DNA of 64,000 nucleotides from a virus. Below the pieces are notes generated by a model. That model was not told where the DNA came from. It saw only the letters and a program-made list of their open reading frames with translations, and made no database searches. Each line of letters starts with the position of its first letter. The stretch's first letter is position 1. The DNA lies in IMG/VR virus record IMGVR_UViG_3300044998_001035, positions 1 to 64,000 of that record. One strand, 5' to 3'. The translations under genes and the position numbers were made by a program. This document shows, piece by piece, positions 63,555 through 64,000 of this stretch.

Positions 63555-64000
63555 GTGGCGACGAATCTCTACAAGGTCGATCGGGACGAGGCGGGGCGCG
63601 GGCGGCGGCTGCGGTTCGCCCCGCACCACGGGCAGTACGCGGCGTGGGCGAGCCGGGCCCGGTTCGTGGGCGTGCTCTCCGGGACGCAGGGCGGGAAGAC
63701 CAGCTTCGGCCCGCTCTGGCTCCACCGGGAGGTCTACGGCGGCCCCGGACTGCCGGGGCGCGGGCCGGGGGACTACCTCGGCGTGACGGCCACGTACGAC
63801 CTGTTCAAGCTCAAGATGCTGCCGGCGCTCCTGGAGCTGTTCGTCGGCCACCTGGGGCTCGGCCGGTACTGGGCGGGGGACCGAATCCTCGAGCTGAGGC
63901 CGGACCGCGACACGCCGTTCCGGGCGCAGCGGTCCTCGGACCCGATGTGGGCCCGCGTGATCCTGAGGTCGGCCGAGGCGGGCTCGGGCCTGGAGTCGTC
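63555..64000 (+). CDS. terL: Terminase large subunit, 3'-truncated by the window edge
   Basis: My translation: MATNLYK...FAPHHGQ...RFVGVLSGTQGGKTSFG (adenine-binding Q and Walker A); follows terS. Confidence 0.85.
   Translation, partial: MATNLYKVDRDEAGRGRRLRFAPHHGQYAAWASRARFVGVLSGTQGGKTSFGPLWLHREVYGGPGLPGRGPGDYLGVTATYDLFKLKMLPALLELFVGHLGLGRYWAGDRILELRPDRDTPFRAQRSSDPMWARVILRSAEAGSGLES

Overview
Very GC-rich temperate-type phage or prophage DNA, probably most of one circularly permuted genome. The host is probably a planctomycete, inferred from a planctomycete-style RimI and a matrixin carrying the planctomycete 'E.LE.R' leader. Layout: tail module with a -1 frameshifted chaperone and tape measure (1-15.8 kb); repressor/Cro-like switch; Sak/Rad52, an initiator containing iterons, DnaB (16-20 kb); a long accessory region with RimI, ThyX, CsrA, ParB, HNH, CysH-like, RavA/ViaA, SMC-like, beta-clamp, C5-MTase and DUF5131 genes; a membrane/peptidase region; a 7-deazaguanine DNA-modification cluster (dpdA-like, queC, queD, queE, folE); then terS and the start of terL. 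No integrase, capsid or portal gene is visible. The main finding is at 29.5-31.2 kb: a lone Cas7/RAMP-like gene directly preceded by a non-CRISPR array. The array has three tracts of 14-16 phased GGC-NN pentamers, each with different dinucleotides, and each tract is closed by a conserved 58-59 nt element that folds as a tRNA acceptor+T-arm minihelix. This is a candidate RNA-guided system using a gapped dinucleotide code and tRNA-mimic processing. It resembles the recently reported VIPR class as I recall it, which I could not check here. All product calls come from reading motifs by eye; no database searches were run.
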